Shown here piece by piece: positions 51,614 through 61,802 of a DNA stretch of 64,000 bases (the stretch's first letter is position 1; the number at the start of each line of letters is the position of its first letter). The notes under the pieces are model-generated. The model was not told the origin of the DNA and searched no databases. It saw nothing but the letters and a program-made list of their open reading frames with translations. The translations under genes were made by a program, and so were the position numbers. The DNA is from an uncultured Verrucomicrobiae bacterium (GTDB lineage Bacteria > Verrucomicrobiota > Verrucomicrobiia > Limisphaerales > JAFGQR01): the NCBI GenBank assembly GCA_963788655.1, contig CAWBHS010000110.1, forward strand, positions 128,001 to 192,000, given 5' to 3'.

Positions 51614-52579
51614 ATGCCACTGACACATACACGAGAACTGTTTGCCAAGGCGCTCAAAGGCAAATACGCCCTGGGCGCCTTCAACGTGAACAACATGGAA
51701 CTGCTCCAGGCGATCGTTGAGGCCTGCGAAGAAGAAAAGGCGCCGGTGATCCTCCAGATTTCCAAGGGCGCCCGGCAGTATGCCAACCCGGTTTACCTCA
51801 AGAAACTCATCGAGGCCGCCGTCAGCCTGTCGAATATCCCCATCGCCGTGCATCTCGACCACGGCGATACGTTCGAGCTGTGCAAGGAGTGCATCGACGA
51901 AGGCTTCACCAGCGTCATGATTGACGCCAGCCACGAGCCCTTCGAGAAGAATGCCGAAGTCTGCCGCAAAGTCGTCGAATACGCGCACAAACACAATTGC
52001 GTGGTGGAGGGCGAACTGGGCCAGTTGGTCGGCGCGCAGCTCGACGACGGCGAGGAAGGCGGCGGCTACTCCAAGGGCGGCCACTACACCCACCCGGACG
52101 AAGCCGTGGAGTTCGTCAAACAGACCGGTGTGGACTCGCTCGCCGTCGCCATCGGCAACTGCCACGGCGCCTACAAATTCAAGGGCGAGCAGCACCTCGA
52201 CCTCGAACGCCTGAAAGCCATCAAGAAGGCCCTGATGGATGCCGGACTGGGCGATTATCCGCTGGTCCTGCACGGCGCCTCCAGCGTGCCGAAGGACCTG
52301 GTGGAAGAAATCAATAAATACGGCGGCAAAATGGGCACCGATACCGCCGGCGTGCCCGAAGCCGACATCGAAATTGCCCGCCGCACCGGTTGCACCAAGG
52401 TCAACATCGACACCGACCTTCGCCTGGCGATGACCGCCGGCATTCGCAAGGCGTTCACGGAAAATCCCAAGCAGTTCGATCCGCGCAAATACCTGGGCCC
52501 GGCCCGCACCACGGTGAAGGAACTGGTGCGCCACAAGGTCAAAGACGTGCTCTGCTGCGCCGGCCACGCGTTTGATTAA
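51614..52579 (+). CDS. fba: Fructose-bisphosphate aldolase class II
   Basis: GAFNVNNME, VHLDHG, SVMIDAS, VEGELG, LAVAIGN.HGAYKF, LVLHGAS, KVNIDTD. Confidence 0.95.
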   Translation: MPLTHTRELFAKALKGKYALGAFNVNNMELLQAIVEACEEEKAPVILQISKGARQYANPVYLKKLIEAAVSLSNIPIAVHLDHGDTFELCKECIDEGFTSVMIDASHEPFEKNAEVCRKVVEYAHKHNCVVEGELGQLVGAQLDDGEEGGGYSKGGHYTHPDEAVEFVKQTGVDSLAVAIGNCHGAYKFKGEQHLDLERLKAIKKALMDAGLGDYPLVLHGASSVPKDLVEEINKYGGKMGTDTAGVPEADIEIARRTGCTKVNIDTDLRLAMTAGIRKAFTENPKQFDPRKYLGPARTTVKELVRHKVKDVLCCAGHAFD

Positions 52580-52604
52580 ACCTCCTGCGAGTTAAAATGG
52601 TTCG

Positions 52605-52635
52605 AGTGGCGGCCCCAAAGCCGCCACTTTTTTTT
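52605..52635 (+). terminator. Rho-independent terminator after fba
   Basis: Stem agtggcggc/gccgccact followed by a T-run. Confidence 0.85.
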
Positions 52636-52679
52636 GGCTTGATCGCTGCCCATTCGGGGCCACGCGGCTCTACTGACCA

Positions 52680-52811
52680 GGAGCCTGTTCTTAAAACAGC
52701 TTCCTCGTAGCCGCCGACGTAAGGAGGCTCATTCTTGTCGCAAGCCGAGCGGTATTCCGATGGAATTTGAGCCTCCTTACGTCGGCTGCTACCAATCTTC
52801 AAACAGGCTCT
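52680..52811. repeat. REP-like doublet, family E, with outer GAGCCTGTT/AACAGGCTC arms
   Basis: gtagccgccgacgtaaggaggctc ... gagcctccttacgtcggctgctac. Confidence 0.8.
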
Positions 52812-52826
52812 GAGCGGAATCATAGG

Positions 52827-53702
52827 CTACTTCGCACGTTCAGGCGCCGCGTTGCGCACGCAGCGAAAGCCGTAGATGTCGTAGCCAAAGCACACGTCGG
52901 CGTAGCCGGGATTCTCGTTGTAGCGGTAGCCGGAACGACAACTCTCATCGCTGAAGCGCCAGGCGCCGCCGCGCACAACTTTGGTTTCGCCCTGCTGGGG
53001 TCCCCGTGGGTTTTCCGTTGGTGATTTCTGGTAATAATCCACCTGGTAAAAATCGTTGCACCATTCCCACAGGTTGCCGCTCATGTCATACAACCCCCAA
53101 GGATTGGGCCGCTTCTGGCCGACCGAATGGGGATGCCCTCCCGAATTCTTCTCATACCAGGCGTAGCCGCCAAGCTTGGTGGGATCGTTGCCGAAGAAAT
53201 AGGCGGTGGTCGTGCCGGCCCGACACGCGTATTCCCATTCGGCCTCCGTGGGCAGGCGGTAGCCGTTGGCCGCGAAGTTGCACTGCCAGGTCTTCAAGTC
53301 GTAGCACGGTTTGAGTTTTTCCTGGCGCGAACGCGCGTTGCAAAATTTCACCGCGTCCGACCACCGCACCTGCTCGACGGGATTCTCCGCGCTTTTCCAA
53401 CGGGAAGGGTTCTCGCCCATCACGCGTTGATATTGCTCCTGCGTCACCAGGTGTTTGTCCATGTAGAACGGGCTGATCACCACTTCGTGCGGCGGTGCGT
53501 CCATTTCCTTCTTGTCGCCCATCACGAAACGACCACCGGGGAGCAGCACCATCGCCGTTGCTGAGTTCGTCGCCGGATTGGACGGTGCGGAGGCTACGGG
53601 CTCTGAACGATCCTCGGCCGCTCGGCGTTTGCAGCCGGGAAACATGGCCAGCGATCCAGACAAGAGAAGGGCGGCAAGCAAGCGGTAATTCATGATGCTC
53701 AT
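52827..53702 (-). CDS. Formylglycine-generating-enzyme (FGE-sulfatase) domain lipoprotein
   Basis: Lipoprotein-like signal ending in GC; YRLPTEAEWEYACRAG; NPWGLYDMSGN.WEW; RGGAW; GFRC. Confidence 0.9.
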   Translation of the reverse strand: MSIMNYRLLAALLLSGSLAMFPGCKRRAAEDRSEPVASAPSNPATNSATAMVLLPGGRFVMGDKKEMDAPPHEVVISPFYMDKHLVTQEQYQRVMGENPSRWKSAENPVEQVRWSDAVKFCNARSRQEKLKPCYDLKTWQCNFAANGYRLPTEAEWEYACRAGTTTAYFFGNDPTKLGGYAWYEKNSGGHPHSVGQKRPNPWGLYDMSGNLWEWCNDFYQVDYYQKSPTENPRGPQQGETKVVRGGAWRFSDESCRSGYRYNENPGYADVCFGYDIYGFRCVRNAAPERAK

Positions 53703-53737
53703 TTTTCAATCTGAGTCGGCCAATGACGATTTCGCAT

Positions 53738-55603
53738 TTAGTAATTCGGCCAGATTTCGTAACCGTCTGGATTGCGCAGACATTCCCGGCAACGATCCCT
53801 GATTTGCCGCGCCAATTTCACGGCTTGAGGTTGGGTGGCACAACCATAACCGGCTTCCTGATACAGTTTGCGGGTGATGATGTGACATTGCGCCAGGACG
53901 TAATCTTGCGCGCCCCCCATGGCTCGCCACGCTTTGCCGAGTTCGAGATAGGCCGGCAGGTTCCGCGGGGATTTGGTTCCGGCCAGTGCTTTGGTTTGCT
54001 GCGCCAATTCATCGGCGTAACTGAGCGATTTCATGTTCTCCCGCTGCACCTCGTATTCACTCGGAATCTGCCGGACGATGGCCTCCAGACGGTCCGCGAA
54101 GGGCTTCAACTCCGCCGATGAGTTTCCTGCTGATTCAAGGCTTTGAACTATGTCGGTCGCCATACTTTGGTATTCCGCGATTCGCGCCACGTGCCGCCGA
54201 ACAAAGAACACCATGTCGTCCACTGCGCCCTCGACATACGCGCGTTTATCGACTTCCTCGCCCGCTTCGAACACGGCCTGGAGCGCTTCCGTGCAACCAC
54301 ACGTGCAAGCGCGGCGAACTCCATTGCCACCACGACGATGATGCGTGCGCAACTTGCGTCCGGGCAAATCCAACAGGGCTGCGCACGCTGGCTGGCCGAG
54401 GGTGGCTTTCAGAATATCCACCGGGGTCGAGACGTCGGCTGGAGTGTTCTGGCTCTCCAAAAAATAAATGAGGGCCTCGCCTTTGGGCGGCACTTTTTTG
54501 CTCAGATGAAAGTAAGCGGTGTCGCCGTCAAACCACGCAGGATAGCGATACATCCCGGCGACGCCGCGCCAAATCTGGCCTGGAGCTTCGCGGAAGGTGA
54601 AGGTGGTTTTGACGTCCGCTTCAGTCAGTTGCGTGACCCATTTGGCGGGGAACGGTTGCTTCCATTTCAGCGCCACATCTTTCTCCAGATGCGCCGGCGT
54701 CAAAACCTCACGATGCCAGATGCCGGGAGCATGCAGAGCCGACAGAAAGAAGCTTTGACCAGCCGGTGCAAAATCAATCGCTTCCGCGATACGCCGGCCG
54801 GTGGAGTCATTGGCCAGGTGAACGCTCAATTGCTGTTTTCCCTTCGGCCAAGTCATGACCAGCAGGCTATCTTCGCCTTTGAGCAATCCCAGGAAGAGGT
54901 TGTCCGCCGGAATATGAAGGGTGTCGGCCGAAGCGTAATCCGCGGGATTGAAGATCAAGTCGTCACTGATGAAGTCGGGTGCCACGCCATATTCGAGCGG
55001 ACTCAGCAGACGAAATTCGTTCAGTGATTGACTTGGTTGGACACCCACGATCTCCGTCGTGTCGAAGGAGAAGACGGCTGTGCTCGAACGGTTCGTGTTT
55101 CCATTGGCGAAAGAAACCTCCAGCGTCACGGCATTGCCGTTATTCTGCAGGATCGTGCAATGGCTGATGGTTGTCGCGTGCGTCTGGGTTGAAAATGGAA
55201 CCAATTCCAAGACTTTTCGATCTTCGTTCGAGCTTGCGGGGACCGGACCGTTACCGCTCTGGTTTTGCGTTTTGGAATACAGAACCATGCGTCCCTGTTT
55301 GGACAAGAACACTGCGATCAACTTGTCGTTTTCGACCACTGCGTCCCCTTGGAATGAATATTCCCTGCCGTAGTAGGCGGGGTCGGAAAAGGACTTGGCG
55401 GGATTGGCTTCAAGGGTCAACAAATCCGCGGGCACCGTTTTCCATCCGGTTCGGTTCTTCAAACGAACGGTGGCGGCAAGCGGCGAGCCAGTGTCCCTAA
55501 GCGCGACGAGGGGAAGTGCTTCTGCGGCCTGAAGTGTGGTGAGGGATGCGAAGGCGGCCAGCAGCAGAGGCAGTATCCGATCGGTACCTGGAGCCATTCC
55601 CAT
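53738..55603 (-). CDS. Secreted hypothetical protein (~620 aa) with Cys-bearing helical C-terminal region
   Basis: Long open frame; signal peptide (ILPLLLAAFASLTTLQA); no family recognised. Confidence 0.7.
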   Translation of the reverse strand: MGMAPGTDRILPLLLAAFASLTTLQAAEALPLVALRDTGSPLAATVRLKNRTGWKTVPADLLTLEANPAKSFSDPAYYGREYSFQGDAVVENDKLIAVFLSKQGRMVLYSKTQNQSGNGPVPASSNEDRKVLELVPFSTQTHATTISHCTILQNNGNAVTLEVSFANGNTNRSSTAVFSFDTTEIVGVQPSQSLNEFRLLSPLEYGVAPDFISDDLIFNPADYASADTLHIPADNLFLGLLKGEDSLLVMTWPKGKQQLSVHLANDSTGRRIAEAIDFAPAGQSFFLSALHAPGIWHREVLTPAHLEKDVALKWKQPFPAKWVTQLTEADVKTTFTFREAPGQIWRGVAGMYRYPAWFDGDTAYFHLSKKVPPKGEALIYFLESQNTPADVSTPVDILKATLGQPACAALLDLPGRKLRTHHRRGGNGVRRACTCGCTEALQAVFEAGEEVDKRAYVEGAVDDMVFFVRRHVARIAEYQSMATDIVQSLESAGNSSAELKPFADRLEAIVRQIPSEYEVQRENMKSLSYADELAQQTKALAGTKSPRNLPAYLELGKAWRAMGGAQDYVLAQCHIITRKLYQEAGYGCATQPQAVKLARQIRDRCRECLRNPDGYEIWPNY

Positions 55604-55819
55604 TTTCCGAGGTCTTTGAGTGACTTCATAATTGATGTCTGCTTCCGGAATTTTCGATGCACTTTTGCATTTTGGAGTTTTCCATCGCGCCTCCGGAAAT
55701 ACCGGGATCGCGCCTGGGAGAATAACCAGACCCAGTGTACTCAGGACCACCGCCAAAGCAAGAGTCAGCCGAGGAAATCCCTTGCTTCGCGGCCTTCCGG
55801 CGCGGTAAGTACCTTTTTC

Positions 55820-57124
55820 ATGCACATCGATAGCTTGCACCGTCCGAACCTGACTGACTGGACGAATCATCGCTTCCTTTCCGTTTGGATTCAACGCGTC
55901 GGTATCGCGATTGGACTCAGCTTGTCACTTGCCGGCCAAGCCGCCGATTCCCCGGCGGAATTAGATCGCGCCATTGCCAAGTATCGCATGGGAACGCTCA
56001 TCATCCAGACCGAGCCCGGCGCCCAAGTTCGCGTCGAGCAACTGCGACACGAATTCTGGTTTGGAGCGGCCCTGGCCAACCAAGCCTTTAACGGCGGGCT
56101 TAACGCGCAGGACACGGAAAAGTATCGGGCGACCTTCCTGGCTAACTTCAACAGCGCAGTGACGGAGAACGCCTTGAAATGGCACTCGATGGAGCGTCAG
56201 CGCGGGAAGGTGGATTACTCCGTCGTCGATGCCATTTTGAAATGGACGGATGAGCACGAGATTCCCTTGCGCGGACACAACATTTTCTGGGGCGTGCCCA
56301 ACATGGTTCAAGGCTGGCTCAAGGCGCTCGATGATGATGAATTCCGCGCGACCCTCAAGGCGCGGGCTTTGGATGTCGGACGCCGCTATCGAGGCCGCTT
56401 CGCCGAATACGATCTGAACAACGAGATGATCCATGGCAATTACTACGAACAGCGCCTCGGTCCGGACATCACCCGGCAAATGGCCCAATGGGTTCGGGAG
56501 GGTGATCCGCAAGCCGTGCTGTATCTCAATGACTATGACGTGCTGACGGGCAACCGGCTGGCCGATTATATCGCCCACATTCGCGGATTGCTGCGCCAGG
56601 GGGTGCCGGTTGGCGGCATTGGCGTGCAGGGCCACCTGCACGGGGAGACGTTTGATCCCGCCGCGCTGCAGAACGCCCTCGATCAACTCGCGCAATTTAA
56701 ACTGCCGATTCGCGTGACCGAATTCAACATGCCCGGGCAACGATCCAAGTTTCTTCGCGACCGCCGACTGCGGCCCATGGCGGCGGAAGAAGAAAACAAA
56801 GCCAAAGCGCTGGCGGACTACTACCGTATCTGCTTCGCCCATCCGGCGGTCGGCGGTATCTTGATGTGGGGTTTCTGGGGAGGCGCCAATTGGATTCCGG
56901 CATCGTCATTGTATCGCCGCGACTGGACTCCCACTCCGGCGGCCCAAGCGTACCGTGACTTGGTGTTTCATCAATGGTGGACTCGATGGGAAGGAACCGC
57001 CGACGCCAATGGCCGGTGCGAAGTGCGCGCTTTCTACGGCAAACACCGTGTCACGGCGGGAACACGGGAAACCACCGTTGAACTCAAGCAGGCGAACGGA
57101 ACGCAAACCGTTACCGTGAAGTAG
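55820..57124 (+). CDS. GH10 endo-1,4-beta-xylanase family protein (start uncertain)
   Basis: TENALKW, LRGHNIFW, YDLNNE (acid/base), LYLNDY, GIGVQGH, IRVTEF (nucleophile), MWGFW. Confidence 0.9.
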   Translation: MHIDSLHRPNLTDWTNHRFLSVWIQRVGIAIGLSLSLAGQAADSPAELDRAIAKYRMGTLIIQTEPGAQVRVEQLRHEFWFGAALANQAFNGGLNAQDTEKYRATFLANFNSAVTENALKWHSMERQRGKVDYSVVDAILKWTDEHEIPLRGHNIFWGVPNMVQGWLKALDDDEFRATLKARALDVGRRYRGRFAEYDLNNEMIHGNYYEQRLGPDITRQMAQWVREGDPQAVLYLNDYDVLTGNRLADYIAHIRGLLRQGVPVGGIGVQGHLHGETFDPAALQNALDQLAQFKLPIRVTEFNMPGQRSKFLRDRRLRPMAAEEENKAKALADYYRICFAHPAVGGILMWGFWGGANWIPASSLYRRDWTPTPAAQAYRDLVFHQWWTRWEGTADANGRCEVRAFYGKHRVTAGTRETTVELKQANGTQTVTVK

Positions 57125-57139
57125 CCGTTGTCGGTGCCT

Positions 57140-58177
57140 TCACGGTTGGGCAACACCTTCCTGCCGAAACAGCAGCAGCGTGTAAGCGTTGGGATTGTGC
57201 GTCTCCCGGCAGCCCGTTCGCGCCGCCAGGTACGCTTCGATATTGAACACCTGGGCTGCAAAACCATGTTGGGCAAACAGCGCCGTTGTCTTGTCCAGGC
57301 TGAGGGTGTTCCAATGGTATTCTTCGACGGGGCGCACGACATGGTCCGGGATTTCGTCCATGTTAAAGAAGCCGGCGCAAATCCCGTCTCGCGTCACGCG
57401 GCAGATTTCGGCGACGGCCGTTTCCAGGCCCTCGAGCGACAGATGCTCGAACAGGTCGTGCAGGAAACAATATTCAAATGCGCGGTCCGCCGCCTTGATG
57501 GCAAACACATTACCCAATTCGAAACGAGCTTCCGGGAACATGGCCCGCGCGTTGTCCATGTTCTTCTGGCACAAATCGAAACCGGTGTAATCAATCAACC
57601 GTGCCAGGCCGCAGGCGTGCAGGAAACGGTAATCATTGGCCGAGCCGCACGCCGGTTCCAATGCTGAGATACGCTCGGGCGTTTCGTCCGCCAGCGCGTG
57701 CCGCCACAAGTTCATGAACCGGTCCAAGTCTTCCGCCTTCAGCCGCGGCGGGTCCGCCACCGAAGACTGCCTGGCGAGGATGGATTCGAGGTAATTGGGA
57801 ATCTCCATCCCGTTGACCGTGGTGGGCAGGGCGGCAAACGTCTGGGCGAGGAATTGGGGGATCTCGATGCCTTCCGCGTTGTCGGCACCCTGGCGCAACC
57901 CGTGCAAGACGGCTTGCAATTCTTCGGGGTCCCCGCTCGGCTTCAATAATTTGACCAACCAATTCATCGCGGCGGCAAACCGCAACTCGTGGTCCATGAG
58001 TTGTTGGAATTTGTCCGCGAACAAGGCCACGATCAGGAAATGCCGCGACAAAAGGCTTTGAACGTTAAGGCGCGGATCCTCGACACTGGCGATCAAATAC
58101 TCGCGCAGCATCTCCTGGTCGTGCCGCATCCAGGAGCGGGCCAGTTTCTCCGATTCCTGCTTCAGAGTTTGATTCAT
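57140..58177 (-). CDS. Class I SAM-dependent methyltransferase with N-terminal helical extension
   Basis: LEPACGSAND, YTGFDL, HDLFEHLS. Confidence 0.8.
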   Translation of the reverse strand: MNQTLKQESEKLARSWMRHDQEMLREYLIASVEDPRLNVQSLLSRHFLIVALFADKFQQLMDHELRFAAAMNWLVKLLKPSGDPEELQAVLHGLRQGADNAEGIEIPQFLAQTFAALPTTVNGMEIPNYLESILARQSSVADPPRLKAEDLDRFMNLWRHALADETPERISALEPACGSANDYRFLHACGLARLIDYTGFDLCQKNMDNARAMFPEARFELGNVFAIKAADRAFEYCFLHDLFEHLSLEGLETAVAEICRVTRDGICAGFFNMDEIPDHVVRPVEEYHWNTLSLDKTTALFAQHGFAAQVFNIEAYLAARTGCRETHNPNAYTLLLFRQEGVAQP

Positions 58178-58202
58178 AACGAACGGAAGCAAATAGCCGT
58201 AT

Positions 58203-58474
58203 CGTGCTGCCGACTTCCGGCCGGCAGATCGAAGGGATGACGGCACCACGAATTGGTAAGGCAGTTTGGGCGCACTTGGCGCTTTGAGCAGCGGCAGCGG
58301 TTCGAACGTTTCCGGTGCTTCCGTTTCTGCCGGCGGGACGCCGGCAGCACGTTGCCAAGGTGCTGCCGGCATCTTGCCGGCAGATCGACGGGAGAATGGC
58401 GGGGCGAATAGAGACAGAAGTTCGAGGGCCTCCGGCGAGCTCGTTTCAGCCCGCGGGACGCGGGCAGCACGTTG
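58203..58474. repeat. Two tandem family B REP doublets
   Basis: cgtgctgccg..ccggcag arms at ~58203 and ~58360 with inverted partners at ~58327-58352 and ~58448-58474. Confidence 0.8.
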
Positions 58475-58483
58475 ACATACAAA

Positions 58484-59113
58484 TTAGCTGGCATGTTTGG
58501 CGGCGGTGATAAACGCGCGCACTTTGGCCGCATCTTTTTCTCCCGGAGCCGACTCGACGCCACTGGAAACATCCACCGCGAACGGGCATACCCGGCGCAC
58601 GGCCTCGGTAACATTGTCCGGCGTCAAGCCGCCGGCCAGGATGATGGGGCGGCCATGGGCCTTCGCTTGGATGGCCAGATCCCAATTGAAACCTTTCCCG
58701 GTTCCACCGTGCTGGGCGGGCACATAACTGTCCAACAACCAGGCATCGGTGGCGTAACCCAGAAGTCCCGGTAGTGATCCCGCGTCACTGACGCGAAACG
58801 CCTTGATGACCTTCAGGCCAAATTGGGTGCAAAAGTCGGAAGGTTCTTCACCATGAAATTGCAGCGTGTCCAGACCGCATTCGGCAATGGCTTGCCGCAC
58901 GTGTTCGGCCTCCGGATTCACAAAAACTCCCACTTTCGCCACAAAGGGCGGCAAGCCGCGGGTGATGTCCGCCGCCTGCGTCCACGTCACTTGGCGCGGA
59001 CTCATTTCATAGAACATGAAGCCAAGCGCATCGGCTCCGTATTCGACCGCTTCGAGCGCATCGTCCCGACAGGTAATGCCGCAGATCTTTACTTTTACAT
59101 TCAGCATGTCCAA
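58484..59113 (-). CDS. trpF: Phosphoribosylanthranilate isomerase
   Basis: VKICGIT, VGVFVN, LQFHGEE, GGTGKGFNW, LAGGLTPDNV, VDVSSGVE. Confidence 0.96.
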   Translation of the reverse strand: MDMLNVKVKICGITCRDDALEAVEYGADALGFMFYEMSPRQVTWTQAADITRGLPPFVAKVGVFVNPEAEHVRQAIAECGLDTLQFHGEEPSDFCTQFGLKVIKAFRVSDAGSLPGLLGYATDAWLLDSYVPAQHGGTGKGFNWDLAIQAKAHGRPIILAGGLTPDNVTEAVRRVCPFAVDVSSGVESAPGEKDAAKVRAFITAAKHAS

Positions 59114-59286
59114 AACAACTTGTACCCGAGCTCGGCTTCCCGGTCATGTAGAATCGCAATAACGCGCTTGGAATTGGCTTATCAAGGAAGGGCAATGGAT
59201 TTTAAACTTAGGCTAGGGACGAACACCATCGGATGTGCAAAAGCCACTTGTCACGTTCGCCTGCTTTGCAAGTGTGGCGGCCCGGA

Positions 59287-59321
59287 TGCCCGTGCGCCGC
59301 AACTTGGGCGGCGCACGGGCA
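59287..59321 (-). terminator. Perfect 14-bp hairpin just downstream of the minus-strand secreted protein gene
   Basis: tgcccgtgcgccgc/gcggcgcacgggca; no clear U-tract. Confidence 0.45.
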
Positions 59322-59338
59322 GTGGTTGGCGGGGGGGA

Positions 59339-61787
59339 CTATTGCATCGCGGGCGTTACGATGCGGTAGAAATGTTCCAGTGCGCCGTTCGCATTGGGAT
59401 CGGTCACCGATTGCACGCCATTGGTGGAAGGCGCATCGACGTTGGCAACCGGCGTCCACTGGTCTGGCGGCAGCAGGTTGGCCCGCAGCAGCGAATAGGT
59501 TTTCCCCGCTTCCGCCTCGAAGGTCAGGGTGAGGCTGTTGCCGGCCGGCACGGCGGATAAAATCCGTAGTTCGACGTGGGTCTGTACCGTCCAAGTTGGG
59601 GTGCGCGTGATCACGGCGTCCACCCCGTAATCCGGATCATCCTGATACATGTTGCAATCGCGTTTGCCGGTCACTTCCACGTAGTGCGGGCCATCTTCCA
59701 GACCGGTCAGCGTGATCGGGGTGTTGATGGGCGTTTCGGCACTCCAGGCATTGGTGTCGAGCCGCCACTTGTAACTGACGTAGCCAGAGCCATTCGACCA
59801 ACTGGAAGTGGGAATGGCGTTGCCGGTGCGATTGATGCCCACGACGAGCGTGGCCGACGTGTCGGTGGTGGTGCCGGTGGGAGCGCCGGAAACGGAGCAG
59901 CCCATGGGAACCACCGCGCCCATGTCCAGTCCATTCGGGCCGGTGCCGATGCCGGGCGAACCGGGCAGCAGACTGAACCAATCCCACATCACCTGCGCCT
60001 CGGTCCAATTGGCGAAGTCCGTATCCGCAACCTGCGGAATGTGAGCAAGCATGGGATTCGCGGTCGAGTTGCCGCTCCCCGGGCCGCCCCACGCGTAGGG
60101 CATCAGGTTGTTGTTGAAGGTGACCGTGGCCGAATTCAGATTGCGCACGAGTTGCTCGGCATCGAAGACGATGTTGCCTTCGAGATACATGCCCCGTCCA
60201 TCCGCCACGCCACCGTCTTCCAGGCACACTACGCCGCCTTCGGTGTCGGTGCCGCCGGTGTGGGTCTGGTGTACCACGGTGTTGTTGATGAAGGTGTAGA
60301 AATCGCCTTGTTTCGCCATGGCAGCTTGATCGCAGTCATAGAAGATGTTGCCAATGATGGTGATTTCGGAAGTGTCATTACCGTTGTCCCCGCCACTGAT
60401 CCCGCTGGCGGTGTCGGGCGAACCATTCTTGTGGGTGTGCAGAAAGATGTTGTGCTCGACCCACGCATCCGTGCCGTCCAAGTCCAGTTCGTCGTCCCCA
60501 GAGCCGGTGAACACATTGTCGATGAACTGGACGATGGGTTGTCCCGGGCGATTGCCGCCGGTGAAATCCACCACGTCATTATAGTTGTTGACCGCGCCGA
60601 AGAAATTGTGCAGGAAAATGCCCCGCCCGCCGCTCTTGATGCCGCCGGTGCCGTGGAGCAACTCAAAGCCGCTGGTCGCCGTCGGAAATTCGCAATTGCT
60701 CACCACGAACGAGGCACCGTCGAGCGCAACGTACTGATGACTCGTCGTGCCAAACGTCAGGTGGTCCAAGCAGGACGGTGCCGCCCGCCACTTCGATACA
60801 TCGGGTGGCACCGAAGCCTTCAAAGTAGGCATACATGATGCGCGTCTCTGGCGAGCCCACGCTGCCATCGATGGTGAATCCGCCCCAGGACGACGCCCCG
60901 GCGGAAGGACGGATGAATTGGATGGGCGCTTCCTCGGTGCCTTCGGCGAGTAAACGACCGCCGTTGGCGACGGTGACGTTGACACCGCCATTCAAGTGGA
61001 CCGCCGTTCCCGCTTCAATGGTGAGGGTGACGCCGCTGTTGATCGTCAGGTGGCCCACCACCGTGTAAACACTGTTACTCGCATACAACGTTGTATCCGT
61101 CGAGATGACTCCGCTGATGGGATTCTGGGTTGGCGGCGGTGGTGCTGTCATGCTGAGATCGCCAATGAGAATACAATCCGAACTCGTATCGTTGTCGTTC
61201 AACGCCATCAGGGCCAGAACATGATTACCGGCGGACAGTCGGCTACCAATAGCGCCCAAGTCATACGTCGTGGGATCCTGGCGCGTGCTGTTGCCGTGCG
61301 AGGATTCATGCAACGCAGTAGCGTGGGCGGTATATGCCGGCTCAGCGGGCGCGCCGGGAGAGTTGGCGCTGGTCAAGTAATTACCATCCAACCAGGCAAT
61401 GAAACCGTCATCCCAATCCACCGTCAGCAGCAGATGCCAAGTCGGGTCCGGCGCCGTGGTGACATTGAATTCTTTCCGTATGTGGAACGTGGAATAGCCT
61501 CCGGACATGTCCGTCAAACGTGTCTGCACGTCCACCAACTCCGGATCATTGTCGGCATAGCCAAAGCCACCGTTACCGGTAAGCCAAGTGGCATCCAAGC
61601 TCGAATCGGTGACCGTCTTCCAATTGCTCTGCGGCGTGGCCGTGCCTTTGTGATAGCGCCAAGTGGTGCCGTGGTTCACCAGCGGCGTGGGCGTGGTTTG
61701 TGCCTGAGCCAATGGGCTTCCGGGCCAACCGAACATTAATAGCACAGTGCAGATTGAACTGAGGAGGGGATACTTTTTCAATTTCAT
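59339..61787 (-). CDS. Large secreted protein: N-terminal beta-sandwich, parallel beta-helix region, C-terminal FYRIVTP domain (frameshift near 60775)
   Basis: Signal peptide; WRYHKG...GFGY...DDGFIAWLDG module; GVTLTIEAGT; repeated N.F/N.I beta-helix rungs; two ORF fragments join in one product. Confidence 0.75.
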
Positions 61788-61802
61788 AAGGTCTTTCGTA
61801 GG

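Noticed and set aside
55604..55894. Apparent overlap of the 718-aa minus ORF and the 502-aa GH10 ORF
   Set aside because: Both have better downstream starts with signal-like N-termini (55603 and 55820), leaving a normal divergent intergenic region
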